From a virus: DNA of 64,000 nt. Positions 8,541 to 18,209 of this stretch are shown one piece after another. The notes beneath the pieces are model-generated. The model saw only the letters and a program-made list of their open reading frames with translations, did no database searches and was not told where the DNA came from. Within the stretch, counting starts at the first letter, position 1, and every line of letters starts with the position of its first letter. The translations under genes and the position numbers were made by a program. The stretch lies in the IMG/VR virus record IMGVR_UViG_3300048928_000047. One strand, written 5' to 3'.

Positions 8541-11030
8541 ATGATTCTAACAAGACCTAATAGCGCTATTGCTGATATGGTCGAAGCTACCTACAGAAAG
8601 CGTAGAAGCTTTGTAGCTGGCTTTACATTAACAAATGCAAGAGAAGTATTACTGTACGATACAGACGGTAACTACTATCAATGGAAGGGTGCTTTACCTA
8701 AGATCGTTCCAGCAAACTCTACCCCTGGTTCAACAGGTGGCATCGGTGTTAACACTTGGGTTAACGTTGGTAAAGCTGATGATATCGCTATTATCAATGC
8801 TAAGTTTACAACTATTCAACAAGAGATCGACGACCTCACTACACAAATTCCAGAAGCAGGTAAATCTGCATACGATATTGCGGTAGACAACGGCTTCGTC
8901 GGTACTGAACAAGAATGGCTTGACTCCCTGAAAGGAGAGACAGGTAGCGGTCTTGTAATCAAAGGTAGCTTTGGTTCTGTATCTGACCTGCCTATGACAG
9001 GTAACAGTCCTGGTGATGCATATATTGTTCAAGAGCAAATGTGGGTATGGGATAGTATCCAATGGTCGCCTGTTGGTCAAGTGGGACCGGAAGGTAAATC
9101 TGCGTATCAAAGTTGGTTAGACGTTGGTAACACAGGTACAGAGCTTGACTTCGTTCAATCCATTAAGGGTGATAAAGGTGATCCAGGTCCACAAGGACAG
9201 AAAGGTGATCCTGGTGTAAACGCTAACGGATTTGATTATCAGGGCGCTATCTCTGATCCTGGATTATTACCACTACCATCTCCAGCCAACGTGTCTCAGG
9301 CATGGAGCTATGGAACCTACCTCTACGTGTCTAACGGTACTGAGTGGGTTAACATGGGTGCTATTGTCGGTCCGAAAGGTGACAAGGGCGATAAAGGGGA
9401 TAAAGGTAACGCTGGTACAAATGGGGCAGATGGTAAAGATGGTGACTCAGCTTACCAAATCTGGATTAATGCTGGTAACTTTGGTTCAGAAGCCGATTTC
9501 ATTGCATCACTGAAAGGTGAGAAAGGAGATAAAGGCGACAAAGGTGATCAAGGTAATCAGGGTGTACAGGGTGTTCCTGGTATCCAAGGTGAAGGGCTTA
9601 ACATTGTAGGTGAAGTAGATAACGAAAGTCAACTACCTTCTACTGGTGTTGACTATGGTACAGCTTACTTAGTCGGTCCTGATAAATACATCTACATCTG
9701 GGTAGCAGTAGATCCTGGTGCCGGAACAGGGGAATGGCTAAATGCTGGTGTACTACAAGGTATCTCAATCACTGCGAAAGGTCAAGTACCATCTGCAAGT
9801 GATTTACCAGTTAAACCTCCATACGGTAGCGCATACAGCTTAGAAGACACTGGTAATCTGTACATCTATACGCTAAACTTCGACAAGAGCGAAGGTTGGG
9901 TGGATATGGGTGTTCTCCGTGGTATTGACGGAGAGAAAGGTGACAAAGGGGATACTGGTAACTCTATCCACGCGAAGGGTGAACTAAGTAACACTACCGA
10001 CTTACCTACCACTGGCAACATTCAAGGTGATATGTACTACATTCACCAGCGTTCATACATCTGGAGCGGTACAGCTTGGATTGACATGGGCGTGAACAGC
10101 GGTCCACAAGGTATACAGGGTGAGCAGGGTATTCAAGGGGAACAAGGTATTCAGGGTATTCCAGGTCCTATGGGACCAGGGGTTAAGATCCTTGGGGAAC
10201 TTGATTCAACCGCAGATCTTCCTGCTACTGGAACCATCGGTGAAGGTTATCTGATTGACGGAAACTTCTGGGTTTGGAACGTAGATAGCTCAGGAAATGG
10301 ATCATACCAGAACGCAGGTAATATCCAGGGACCAGCGGGACCGCAAGGTGCGCAGGGTGTGAAAGGTGATAAGGGTGATCAAGGTACACTGTGGATCGTA
10401 TTGCAGCGTAACCCTGGACCTGCTGACGGACGTGTAGGCGACTACTTCCTAAACTCCTTAACACTACAGTTCTTCCAGAAAACCAGCAGTCTTAACTGGG
10501 CTTCTATGGGCTACATGGGTGGTGGTAACGTATACGACGCACCAAGCGATGGCTCTATGTATGCTCGTAAGGACGGTGGTTGGACAGCGTTTACGATCCC
10601 TTCTCCAGGAATCTCAGACGCCCCTGCCGATGGGAAAGTTTATGCACGTAAAGATTCAGCTTGGGTAGAAACACTGGCGAAAGCCCCTACCACAGATGGC
10701 TATTACATGCAAAGTGGTGGTGTGTGGACTCGTTTGAATCGTTACGATTTAGCGGTATCTACTGCGACTGCTACACTTGACGCAAGTCAGGGACAAGTGT
10801 TTACTGTCTCTCTGGCATCAAGCAAAACCCTAACTATTACCAACCTACCTGCGGGTAGAGCGATGACCATTGTTGTTATCTTCACTGGTAATACGGGTTC
10901 AGTGTCATGGACTAACACAATCAACTGGACAGATGGAACGGCTCCAACGTACACAACTGGACGTTGTACAGTTAGTTTGCTATGGGACGGAACGAGCCTA
11001 CTTGGTTTCAAACCAGGTGGTTACGCTTAA
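8541..11030 (+). CDS. collagen-repeat tail fibre protein
   Basis: Several Gly-X-Y runs (e.g. GPKGDKGDKGDKGNAGTNGADGKDGD and GPQGIQGEQGIQGEQGIQGIPGPMGPG). Three copies of SAYxxWxxxGNxGxExDFxxSxKGxKGD. About six ~40-aa modules of the type G-x-(V/L)-xxx-DLP...W...G. Confidence 0.75.
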   Translation: MILTRPNSAIADMVEATYRKRRSFVAGFTLTNAREVLLYDTDGNYYQWKGALPKIVPANSTPGSTGGIGVNTWVNVGKADDIAIINAKFTTIQQEIDDLTTQIPEAGKSAYDIAVDNGFVGTEQEWLDSLKGETGSGLVIKGSFGSVSDLPMTGNSPGDAYIVQEQMWVWDSIQWSPVGQVGPEGKSAYQSWLDVGNTGTELDFVQSIKGDKGDPGPQGQKGDPGVNANGFDYQGAISDPGLLPLPSPANVSQAWSYGTYLYVSNGTEWVNMGAIVGPKGDKGDKGDKGNAGTNGADGKDGDSAYQIWINAGNFGSEADFIASLKGEKGDKGDKGDQGNQGVQGVPGIQGEGLNIVGEVDNESQLPSTGVDYGTAYLVGPDKYIYIWVAVDPGAGTGEWLNAGVLQGISITAKGQVPSASDLPVKPPYGSAYSLEDTGNLYIYTLNFDKSEGWVDMGVLRGIDGEKGDKGDTGNSIHAKGELSNTTDLPTTGNIQGDMYYIHQRSYIWSGTAWIDMGVNSGPQGIQGEQGIQGEQGIQGIPGPMGPGVKILGELDSTADLPATGTIGEGYLIDGNFWVWNVDSSGNGSYQNAGNIQGPAGPQGAQGVKGDKGDQGTLWIVLQRNPGPADGRVGDYFLNSLTLQFFQKTSSLNWASMGYMGGGNVYDAPSDGSMYARKDGGWTAFTIPSPGISDAPADGKVYARKDSAWVETLAKAPTTDGYYMQSGGVWTRLNRYDLAVSTATATLDASQGQVFTVSLASSKTLTITNLPAGRAMTIVVIFTGNTGSVSWTNTINWTDGTAPTYTTGRCTVSLLWDGTSLLGFKPGGYA

Positions 11031-11034
11031 TAAC

Positions 11035-11054
11035 AGAGGGGAGAAATCCCCTCT
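11035..11054 (+). terminator. rho-independent terminator, exact copy of 8477-8496
   Basis: AGAGGGGAGAAATCCCCTCT followed by TCTTTTATT, 5 nt after the fibre stop. Confidence 0.75.
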
Positions 11055-11075
11055 TCTTTTATTCGGAGGAATACG

Positions 11076-11744
11076 ATGGAAGAAACTACTTCAATCGAAG
11101 ATTTTACTTTGGTTTATGATTACACCCCGTTAATTAATATGGCGGATCTTTCTTGGCCTATTTATTTCCCTGCTATTCGTGCTTCTAACACTAACATTAG
11201 TTATCCATACCCGTGCCGAGATTACATTCTTGAAGAGTTTGGTTATGCTGTGATTTTCGATTCACCTATTCCTGATGGTGATGTTATTACAGAAATCACT
11301 CCAGTGCAAGGGGCAGACGGTAAATTCTACCGTACTTATGTTGTACGTGATTTTGATGAACAAGAAGCGGCAGCAGATCTTGCACAAAGAAAACAAGGTC
11401 AAGCAGCTAACCTATATAACATCTTTATTCAAGATGGTTTCACAGGTATTACTGTTACATACGCAGATCAAAATTACACCCTGCAAATGACAGCAGATGG
11501 TATGGCACTATTAAATATTATCAAAGCCTCTGCTACCAGCGGAACTGCCACCGATACTTATCTGATTAATCTGAAAGAAGGTGTGTCAAATCCACTAAAT
11601 AAAACAGATACCTTGGGTCTAATTGACCAAGCTATGAAGCAATGGGGTGTTGTGGTACAAAATTATCTGACTGTCTTGAAAGCAACATACGAGGCGACAA
11701 GTAAGCAGAATCTACCTGCTGTACCTAATACATTTATTAGTTAA
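11076..11744 (+). CDS. hypothetical protein in the fibre module
   Basis: 222-aa ORF with GGAGGA SD upstream. Lies between two receptor-binding-type genes. No motif recognised. Confidence 0.5.
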   Translation: MEETTSIEDFTLVYDYTPLINMADLSWPIYFPAIRASNTNISYPYPCRDYILEEFGYAVIFDSPIPDGDVITEITPVQGADGKFYRTYVVRDFDEQEAAADLAQRKQGQAANLYNIFIQDGFTGITVTYADQNYTLQMTADGMALLNIIKASATSGTATDTYLINLKEGVSNPLNKTDTLGLIDQAMKQWGVVVQNYLTVLKATYEATSKQNLPAVPNTFIS

Positions 11745-11753
11745 GGTGAACTT

Positions 11754-12905
11754 ATGCTTGAAGTGTTACTCGCCGGAGGAAAGCCTTACGTAAACTACAT
11801 TGTTAAACGCTTGCAAGAATTCGGTGTAGTTACCTTGGGTGCAGGTGTTGCCGAGTCTACAGATTCGGCATCAGGGAAAGGTTCGCTCATATTTAGTGGA
11901 ACATCTAATAGTAAAATAACCGTTACAAACCCGTCTGGTGGTCTACCTACTGGTCTTGTGGTTGGGACTACTACCGACCTACTTATAGACACATGGTTAT
12001 ATTTAGATAACACCTCTCAAGCTATTCTATGCGGTAACTTGAATAACAATGCTGGTTCTGGTAGTTGGTGGATAACCTTAAACAATACGTATCAAGTATT
12101 CGCATCCGTTAGTATAGATGGCTACAGCACGACAGGGGAAGTCCAAAGATTTCGTTTTGGGACTGCTGCACTACCAGTTAATACTTGGTTTCGACTGACA
12201 ATAACGAAGTCAGGGAGTAGCTTGTATGTGAAGAAAGATAATGTCTTTCTCGGATCTGTTTTAACTATTTCTAAGGGTTTCGGGGGAAATACTGCTAATC
12301 CCTTCTGTATTGCTGGGACTACAGATAACGCGCTAATGCTGCGTGGTAAAATAGACGATCTAACTATCATGACCAGTATAGTACCGACAGCCACAAGCAT
12401 TACCACAGATTCCATCGGTATTGCAATAGTGGGAGGCACGAAACAATTAACATACTCTGTTACTCCAACCGGAGCACCAATAACAGATAAAGTTTATGCT
12501 TCAAGTAATACTTCTATTATGACCATTGATACTAATGGGCTAATGTCGTTTGTTAGTGAAGGTGGTTTCGATGCAAGTTTAACAGCTAAAAACAATGTTG
12601 GAACAACGCTCTCTGATAGTTCTGGAGGCTATGCATCTACATTAAGCGTGTACACTGAAAGCTTGAGTGCAATGAGTGTAGGGACTACACAACAACTTGT
12701 GGCAACGATAACACCAGATGGTGCAGCGTCGTTATCAGATATGGTTATCACTTATACCACAACAGATCCTACAGTGGCTACGGTTGATAGTAATGGTCTT
12801 ATTACTGGAGTAGGCGATGGCGGGTGCAGGATAGGATGTACTGCCACATATCAAGGTACGGTGGTTGCTTCTGATAGCTCCTACTTATCCGTAAATGCTG
12901 TGTAA
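11754..12905 (+). CDS. LamG/ConA-like plus two Big_2 (Ig-like) domain protein; probable surface-exposed virion protein
   Basis: Two Big_2-type segments: IVGGTKQLTYSVTPTGAPITDKVYASSNTSIMTIDTNGLMSFVSEGG and MSVGTTQQLVATITPDG...YTTTDPTVATVDSNGLITGVGDGG. The N-terminal ~190 aa are lectin/LamG-like. Confidence 0.6.
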   Translation: MLEVLLAGGKPYVNYIVKRLQEFGVVTLGAGVAESTDSASGKGSLIFSGTSNSKITVTNPSGGLPTGLVVGTTTDLLIDTWLYLDNTSQAILCGNLNNNAGSGSWWITLNNTYQVFASVSIDGYSTTGEVQRFRFGTAALPVNTWFRLTITKSGSSLYVKKDNVFLGSVLTISKGFGGNTANPFCIAGTTDNALMLRGKIDDLTIMTSIVPTATSITTDSIGIAIVGGTKQLTYSVTPTGAPITDKVYASSNTSIMTIDTNGLMSFVSEGGFDASLTAKNNVGTTLSDSSGGYASTLSVYTESLSAMSVGTTQQLVATITPDGAASLSDMVITYTTTDPTVATVDSNGLITGVGDGGCRIGCTATYQGTVVASDSSYLSVNAV

Positions 12906-12945
12906 TAAAAAAGGGAACCTCGAAAGAGGCTCCCTTTATTTTTAT
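12905..12945. terminator. bidirectional terminator between convergent arms
   Basis: AAAAAAGGGAACCTC-GAAA-GAGGCTCCCTTTATTTTT. 10-bp stem (one mismatch) flanked by an A-run and a T-run, between the + late module and the - arm. Confidence 0.8.
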
Positions 12946-12947
12946 CC

Positions 12948-13850
12948 TTAGAAAGGAATATCGTCGTCGAAGTCCATTGGAGGTTCTGGCTCAGGAGCTT
13001 TTACCGCCTCTTTTGGCTTACGAGTTGTCTTTGGCTTCTCTGCGGCTGGTTTGGATTCAGCAACAGGAGCATCACCACGGATTGCAGCAGCCACCTTATC
13101 AGATAGCGCCAGCACATCGCGAGCAGCTTCAATCAGTTCGTCAATGGTCACATCATCGCGAGAGTGATCACGGCAAGCATTCAGGATAGCATGACCGACA
13201 GAAGCACCCAGATCGTAATCAGTGATATCCACACCACGAGCCTTAGCAACTTCTGCTTTCAGCGTTACAGTGGCGGACTGTACTACACCTGCGAGTTCAA
13301 AGGCATCACCTTTCACACCACCACGGATTAGCTCAAGAGCACCGTTAACAGCGTGACCAGTTTCAATACCTACGGTATCGCGTTTCTTGAACGGTTGTTT
13401 AGCTGGAGTGCTATCACCACCTTTTCCTGCTTTCGGAGCAGCAGCTTGAACACCTTCGGTAGATACAACGAAGATCTTACCTTTGGATGATTGGTAATAA
13501 GTTTTACCCTGCCATTCATTAGGCTTAACGTCCAGTGTAATTTCAACACCACGTTCGATAGTCACCCACTGGTCGTCTTTCTTGACTTGCAGATTTTCAT
13601 GCTCTGGATGCAGCTTAACATCACCCAGACCGATCCAAACACCTGGATCATCCTTACCAGCACCTTTCTCTTTCAGAAGAATGGAAGCTTTGTGAGTGGA
13701 CTCAATTTTCTTATCCGGCTGACCAGCGACTTTAATGTAAGAGACTTTCATCTCTGCAAACTTGTCCAGCTTAACATATTCTACAATACCCTCAGCCCAG
13801 AATGCTTCTTGTTTAGTCTTGCGGTCGATTTCGGAATTAATTACTGGCAT
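12948..13850 (-). CDS. ssb: single-stranded DNA-binding protein with host-type acidic tip
   Basis: C-terminus PPMDFDDDIPF carries the same MDFDDDIPF as the E. coli SSB C-terminal tip. N-terminal OB-like region, disordered P/A/K linker. Adjacent to replication genes. Confidence 0.75.
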   Translation of the reverse strand: MPVINSEIDRKTKQEAFWAEGIVEYVKLDKFAEMKVSYIKVAGQPDKKIESTHKASILLKEKGAGKDDPGVWIGLGDVKLHPEHENLQVKKDDQWVTIERGVEITLDVKPNEWQGKTYYQSSKGKIFVVSTEGVQAAAPKAGKGGDSTPAKQPFKKRDTVGIETGHAVNGALELIRGGVKGDAFELAGVVQSATVTLKAEVAKARGVDITDYDLGASVGHAILNACRDHSRDDVTIDELIEAARDVLALSDKVAAAIRGDAPVAESKPAAEKPKTTRKPKEAVKAPEPEPPMDFDDDIPF

Positions 13851-13867
13851 ATATTCTCCTCTTTGGA

Positions 13868-14266
13868 TTACATTACTTTGACGCAGAATTCTCTTAATAG
13901 AATTGCATCTGTTGGTTCTAACAGATATTTACCCTTCCCAATACCCACACCGATTTCACCATTTTCAAAATGCAGAAGTTGAATCTTGTTTCCACCAAGA
14001 TTAATGATTCCGGCTTTGCCTGGAGTATCTAAGATATTTCGAAGTGTGTCTTGCAACAGGGTAAATTCTTTACGGGTGACAGTTTGTTCTGAGAACTGAG
14101 AATCGTCGATACGTACACTTAAACGTACTGCACCGCCAGTGATACTCAGAAGTTGTATGAAGAACGAATTGTCTTGTGGAAGTGCTTCTTTCTCAACGAG
14201 AACGAGACTGTTCATCTCACGACTGTAAGAAGTCTCGACTGTTATTTTAGCGCGTGAATCTGTCAT
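13868..14266 (-). CDS. hypothetical protein
   Basis: 132-aa ORF, co-directional and tightly packed. GAGGA SD upstream. Confidence 0.55.
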   Translation of the reverse strand: MTDSRAKITVETSYSREMNSLVLVEKEALPQDNSFFIQLLSITGGAVRLSVRIDDSQFSEQTVTRKEFTLLQDTLRNILDTPGKAGIINLGGNKIQLLHFENGEIGVGIGKGKYLLEPTDAILLREFCVKVM

Positions 14267-14292
14267 TCAAGTCCTCATCTTAACATGAAATG

Positions 14293-14312
14293 GAGGGGTT
14301 TGTCAACCCCTC
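14293..14312 (-). terminator. terminator-like hairpin GAGGGGTT-(4)-AACCCCTC
   Basis: 8-bp perfect stem, 6 nt downstream of the 14318 gene stop. Weak T-run. Confidence 0.4.
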
Positions 14313-14317
14313 ACCCA

Positions 14318-14995
14318 TTAAATTTCATCAGTCCAGTGTGGCTGATTCAGTGGGATGTACTCCGGCAGCTTCATGTGCGGCTCTTGCTTCTGCTTCATTG
14401 GTGCAGGAGGAGCAGCAGGTGGCTCGTCAAAGCTGATATCTGAATCATCAGGAATCTCTACTTTTTTATAAAACATGAATTGTGGAAAACGCTTAGCCAT
14501 CTTACGTAGATGTGCTTCTTTGCCAGTGTAGTTCTCATGGACCAGGCAAACACGAGTCTTCACACAGAATTGAAATTCTTCATTGTAATGACACTCGATC
14601 CCATCAAACCATGCCCGACAGATAGCCACGTCGAAATCTTTGATAATTTCTTCGCGTACACCCTTCTCCATAACCATCAGATTAACTTGAATACCGTTGT
14701 AACGACCTTCAAACACCCATTTCAGGTTAGGTAATTCTGCGTAGGTTGATTCCTTAATCTTGTCAATAGGGTAGAAATCTTTAATCCCCACCATTGTAGC
14801 CAAGGAAGTTACCAATCCAATGGTATTGTGGTTAGGAAGACGCAGATATACGTCCAAGTCCTTGGCAACGGTGTTAAAGTACCAGTCACGAGGAGCACCA
14901 CCTGCGATCATAGCAAACGGATCTACCATCTTCAATTTAGAAAGAAGTTCTGATGCTGCTTGCTTTTGATTATCTACGGTCATGAATAATGCCAT
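14318..14995 (-). CDS. Pol-beta-superfamily nucleotidyltransferase (CCA-adding / poly(A)-polymerase head-domain-like)
   Basis: Motif AMIAGGAPRDWYFNTVAKDLDVYL matches the GG-x-x-RD ... D-x-D signature of class II tRNA nucleotidyltransferases. At 225 aa it lacks the usual body/tail domains. Confidence 0.5.
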   Translation of the reverse strand: MALFMTVDNQKQAASELLSKLKMVDPFAMIAGGAPRDWYFNTVAKDLDVYLRLPNHNTIGLVTSLATMVGIKDFYPIDKIKESTYAELPNLKWVFEGRYNGIQVNLMVMEKGVREEIIKDFDVAICRAWFDGIECHYNEEFQFCVKTRVCLVHENYTGKEAHLRKMAKRFPQFMFYKKVEIPDDSDISFDEPPAAPPAPMKQKQEPHMKLPEYIPLNQPHWTDEI

Positions 14996-15237
14996 TATTT
15001 TAACTCCCCTAACAGTTTCACTCGACCTTCTTTCAGAAGATCATGCAGCCATTTCTGTGTTACATTGGCTTCCCCCGCAATAAATCCTGCACCCTCAGCT
15101 TTAAATCTTTCTGGTTCGGAATCTTTACGGAGAACAATTACATCTCCCAATTTATAAAAGCCAACTTCATCAAGGAACATAACTACATCCCCTACTTCAA
15201 ATTCTACGGTAGTGATTACTGTTTCTACTAATTTCAT
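14995..15237 (-). CDS. hypothetical protein
   Basis: 80 aa. GAGGAGAAA SD. Its stop (TAA) shares one nt with the start of the next gene (TAATG overlap). Confidence 0.5.
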   Translation of the reverse strand: MKLVETVITTVEFEVGDVVMFLDEVGFYKLGDVIVLRKDSEPERFKAEGAGFIAGEANVTQKWLHDLLKEGRVKLLGELK

Positions 15238-15254
15238 TGTTTTCTCCTCTAATA

Positions 15255-15270
15255 AGGGGCTTTCGCCCCT
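15255..15270 (-). terminator. hairpin AGGGGC-GAAA-GCCCCT after the DNA polymerase gene
   Basis: 6-bp GC stem with tetraloop, 6 nt after the polymerase stop. Member of a recurring GGGGC-NNNN-GCCCC hairpin family. Confidence 0.5.
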
Positions 15271-15275
15271 GTTTA

Positions 15276-17861
15276 TCAGTGACAGCTTGCCCAGGAATTA
15301 CCCAAGTCATAACCTGCTGTCAGTTCTACGTTCAGGCCATAGAATTCACCTGCTTTCTTAACTGCGATGGATGCCAGTTCACCTGCACGACTGTAGCCAG
15401 TAAACCAACCACCTTTCGGAGATTCGTGTACGTTAGCCCAGATCTTACCAGTACGAGTTTCTTCCTCAGCTTTCCACGCATTTACTTTAGCCATACATTC
15501 TTTGTCGATTCGTTCCTGCTCTTTCTCATCATCAACTTGAATCCAGCCCAAAGATTCTTTGGAGAACCATTTGAACTCAACCAGGTCACGAGTAACCTCA
15601 AGTTGTGCTTCATCGTGGTAAGCGATCATTTGCTGCACGAAGGATTTGTTTTTCCAATCGTCAACAAAGAAGTCAACTGCCAGCCCTTCTTCTTCGATCA
15701 GGTCATCGTAAATCACCATTGCACGTTTCGCACAGATAACCCCGCCACTCTGGAAGAGTGAGTTTAGGATAGCGTGAGCAGAACGGGTAGGCACTTTACG
15801 TCCGTCGATACCGAGAATGTATTTCTTACCTGTTTTAACCCAGAAATCATGTAGACGTTCTTTCAGTAATGCGAGAGGCTTTGCAGCTTCCCAGAATGCA
15901 TCATAAACCATCTGGCCTGTGTGCATATCACTACCGATTGTCTTAGCCACCTTCGCAGCCTGAGCACCGTATGTGATACCATACTTAACAGATTTAGCCG
16001 GAGCACGTTCAAACTTACGTCCGATAGTTTCTGTAATGCGTCGTGCCATCATTGAGTGAACATCATGCGGCTTTTCTAACAGAAGAGCGTTACAATATTC
16101 ATGTGGCTCTGCTTCATATCTCCAGCAGTAATGCGACTCAATCTTTGCTTCAAGTGAGTCAAAGTCATAACCAATCTGGAAGTATGCCGGAACCTCTACA
16201 CCAAACATGTTACGCATTTGGAAACCGTACAGAGAGGTTACACGAGGAATGTTAGCAACAAGACGGTGTTTCATGCGAGAAGTAGCAGCGTCACACGTTG
16301 CCGCTGGCGTTGGAATACGCCCGTCTGCCCTTACTGCTGCAAGATAACCTTTGTTGTATTCCTGATCCTCTTCATCATCTTCCCAATCTGCACCACCACC
16401 GAGAATAGAGTTGCGACGGTGTTTGTACGTCAGGTATTCCACGATCTGAGTAGCATACGGGAACTTCTCACCCAGTTCAGCCAGGTTAGGACAAATCTCT
16501 TTCTCCTGTCCCTTGGTGAATGATGGGTTAGTCAACACCTTGACACCTTTACCTTTTGCCTTAGCAATACGGTCACGCAGCTTCCACTCAAGAGTTTCAG
16601 GCGTACATTCAAGGTGGTCACAACGATCTTGACAGAAGTTTGATGCCAGAGTTTGATCCACATAATCGCGAATCGCTTTCTCCATCTGCGCCTCGTCCTT
16701 TTTAATCTTAGTACCAGACTTCAACGTAATGTCTTTATCTTTGTACTCAGAAGGACTCCAGCCTAATCCTACCAACCAGTTCTTGATGTGTGTCGTGTCG
16801 TTCAGTGTAGCCGGAACAGTAGGTTCACAGATTGGCTCTTCACTTGAGATAGGAAGTTTCATTTCCTTATCCAGGGCAATCAACCACCATCCATCTTCAC
16901 GCTCAACCAGTTCACCACCATGCTTAGCTGCAAACTTCGTAATGTTACTTGTTGGATCACCATTCTTCTTAAACTGGAGTTTAGGCGGAATGAAATCTTT
17001 CAGATAACCTTTCGTTGCAGGTTTCGGAGGGAGAATAGGTTCAGCCTCAAGTCTACACGCTTCCATCTTAGAATCAAGATCTTTTATATTCTCTTCGGCT
17101 TGTTTCATATTGAAAGCGAAGCCACGGTGTTCCTGACGAGTAATAATGTCAGCAATACGTTGTTCAAGAATAAATGGTTCCGTCCACTTATCGTAGTCTC
17201 CCCATTCTTCCATCAGGTATTTATATACAGCGGTGTTCGATTTGTTATCGTAAATACAGTAATAGAGCATGTCTGCTGCAAACGTTTTGAATCGATCTTC
17301 AACCGGAATATCTTTACGGAAGTCAAGCTTAACATCACCACCTGCCTTGCTGGATAATTCCGCCAGGCTATGACCACCGAAACGGTCAGGGTTCAGCACT
17401 TTACTCAGGATCATGGTATCACAGATTTCCACATCCTGATTATCCCAAGTATTATACTTCACGCTGTAATTCATTTTAAAGTAGAGTTTAATGGCTAACA
17501 AGTCAAAGTTGATAATGTTATGACCAACTACTTTCGTAATCTTGTACTGAGGTTTGTTGGCAAATACACCAGTGCCTTTAACGAAGTCTCGGAATGCGCT
17601 CATTGGAAAATGGGTGTAATCCTGATGTTCGTATTCTAACAGGCTGTAAGTGTATTTCCCGTCAGTCTCTACGTAAGGACGACCATCGAAGTGATACTTG
17701 TCTCCATCGTGGAAAGCAATAATCTCTCCGGTGTCATGACTCTCGCATACAATACAGTGCATCTCAAAACTGTCTTTCAGTCGATAAGGACTTGACAGGT
17801 AATCCACACTCTCATCATTAAGCAAGTTGTTACTTTCAATGTCGAAAGTAAATGCTCCCAT
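15276..17861 (-). CDS. family A DNA polymerase with 3'-5' exonuclease
   Basis: Exo motifs DIESNN, HNIINFD, YCIYD. Polymerase motif A DFDSLEAKI, motif B RAPAKSVKYGITYGAQ, motif C AYHDEAQLE. Confidence 0.95.
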   Translation of the reverse strand: MGAFTFDIESNNLLNDESVDYLSSPYRLKDSFEMHCIVCESHDTGEIIAFHDGDKYHFDGRPYVETDGKYTYSLLEYEHQDYTHFPMSAFRDFVKGTGVFANKPQYKITKVVGHNIINFDLLAIKLYFKMNYSVKYNTWDNQDVEICDTMILSKVLNPDRFGGHSLAELSSKAGGDVKLDFRKDIPVEDRFKTFAADMLYYCIYDNKSNTAVYKYLMEEWGDYDKWTEPFILEQRIADIITRQEHRGFAFNMKQAEENIKDLDSKMEACRLEAEPILPPKPATKGYLKDFIPPKLQFKKNGDPTSNITKFAAKHGGELVEREDGWWLIALDKEMKLPISSEEPICEPTVPATLNDTTHIKNWLVGLGWSPSEYKDKDITLKSGTKIKKDEAQMEKAIRDYVDQTLASNFCQDRCDHLECTPETLEWKLRDRIAKAKGKGVKVLTNPSFTKGQEKEICPNLAELGEKFPYATQIVEYLTYKHRRNSILGGGADWEDDEEDQEYNKGYLAAVRADGRIPTPAATCDAATSRMKHRLVANIPRVTSLYGFQMRNMFGVEVPAYFQIGYDFDSLEAKIESHYCWRYEAEPHEYCNALLLEKPHDVHSMMARRITETIGRKFERAPAKSVKYGITYGAQAAKVAKTIGSDMHTGQMVYDAFWEAAKPLALLKERLHDFWVKTGKKYILGIDGRKVPTRSAHAILNSLFQSGGVICAKRAMVIYDDLIEEEGLAVDFFVDDWKNKSFVQQMIAYHDEAQLEVTRDLVEFKWFSKESLGWIQVDDEKEQERIDKECMAKVNAWKAEEETRTGKIWANVHESPKGGWFTGYSRAGELASIAVKKAGEFYGLNVELTAGYDLGNSWASCH

Positions 17862-17873
17862 TTTCCCTCCTAA

Positions 17874-18191
17874 TTATTTTAATGTATTAAGTAGCTGATG
17901 GAATTGCTCCCAAATAACTTCGTCACCTTCCTTGTATGCATTACTCACTTCGTAATAACCTGAATAATGGCTCCCATTATTTTCATACTCTTGAAAATAA
18001 TATGCACCAAGGGAATTTTGTTTGAGTTGAACATCTGTCCCCATACCCTTGCCAGCAAGCCAACTTGCATAAGCCATGCGGGTTATCTCGTAAGGGGTGA
18101 AGTTCTTTATTGTGTGTTTGGATAGTTCCTGCGGGGTAACTTCTACATCCATTCTCTCGACTGTCGTTACGGAACCTTTTAACTGTATCAT
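17874..18191 (-). CDS. hypothetical protein
   Basis: 105-aa ORF between primase-helicase and polymerase. GAGGAGAGAA SD. Confidence 0.55.
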   Translation of the reverse strand: MIQLKGSVTTVERMDVEVTPQELSKHTIKNFTPYEITRMAYASWLAGKGMGTDVQLKQNSLGAYYFQEYENNGSHYSGYYEVSNAYKEGDEVIWEQFHQLLNTLK

Positions 18192-18209
18192 AATTCTCTC
18201 CTCTAAGTC

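Noticed and set aside
9160-10400. GGT-GA(T/C)-AAA-type nucleotide repeats as a satellite or mobile repeat
   Set aside because: They are in frame and encode the Gly-X-Y collagen-like tracts of the fibre protein. They are coding repeats, not an independent element.
14277-14306. Promoter TTGACA, 18-nt spacer, TAAGAT inside the hairpin upstream of gene 13868-14266
   Set aside because: The predicted transcription start would fall downstream of the gene's SD, only about 4 nt before the ATG. The hairpin is kept only as a terminator-like element.
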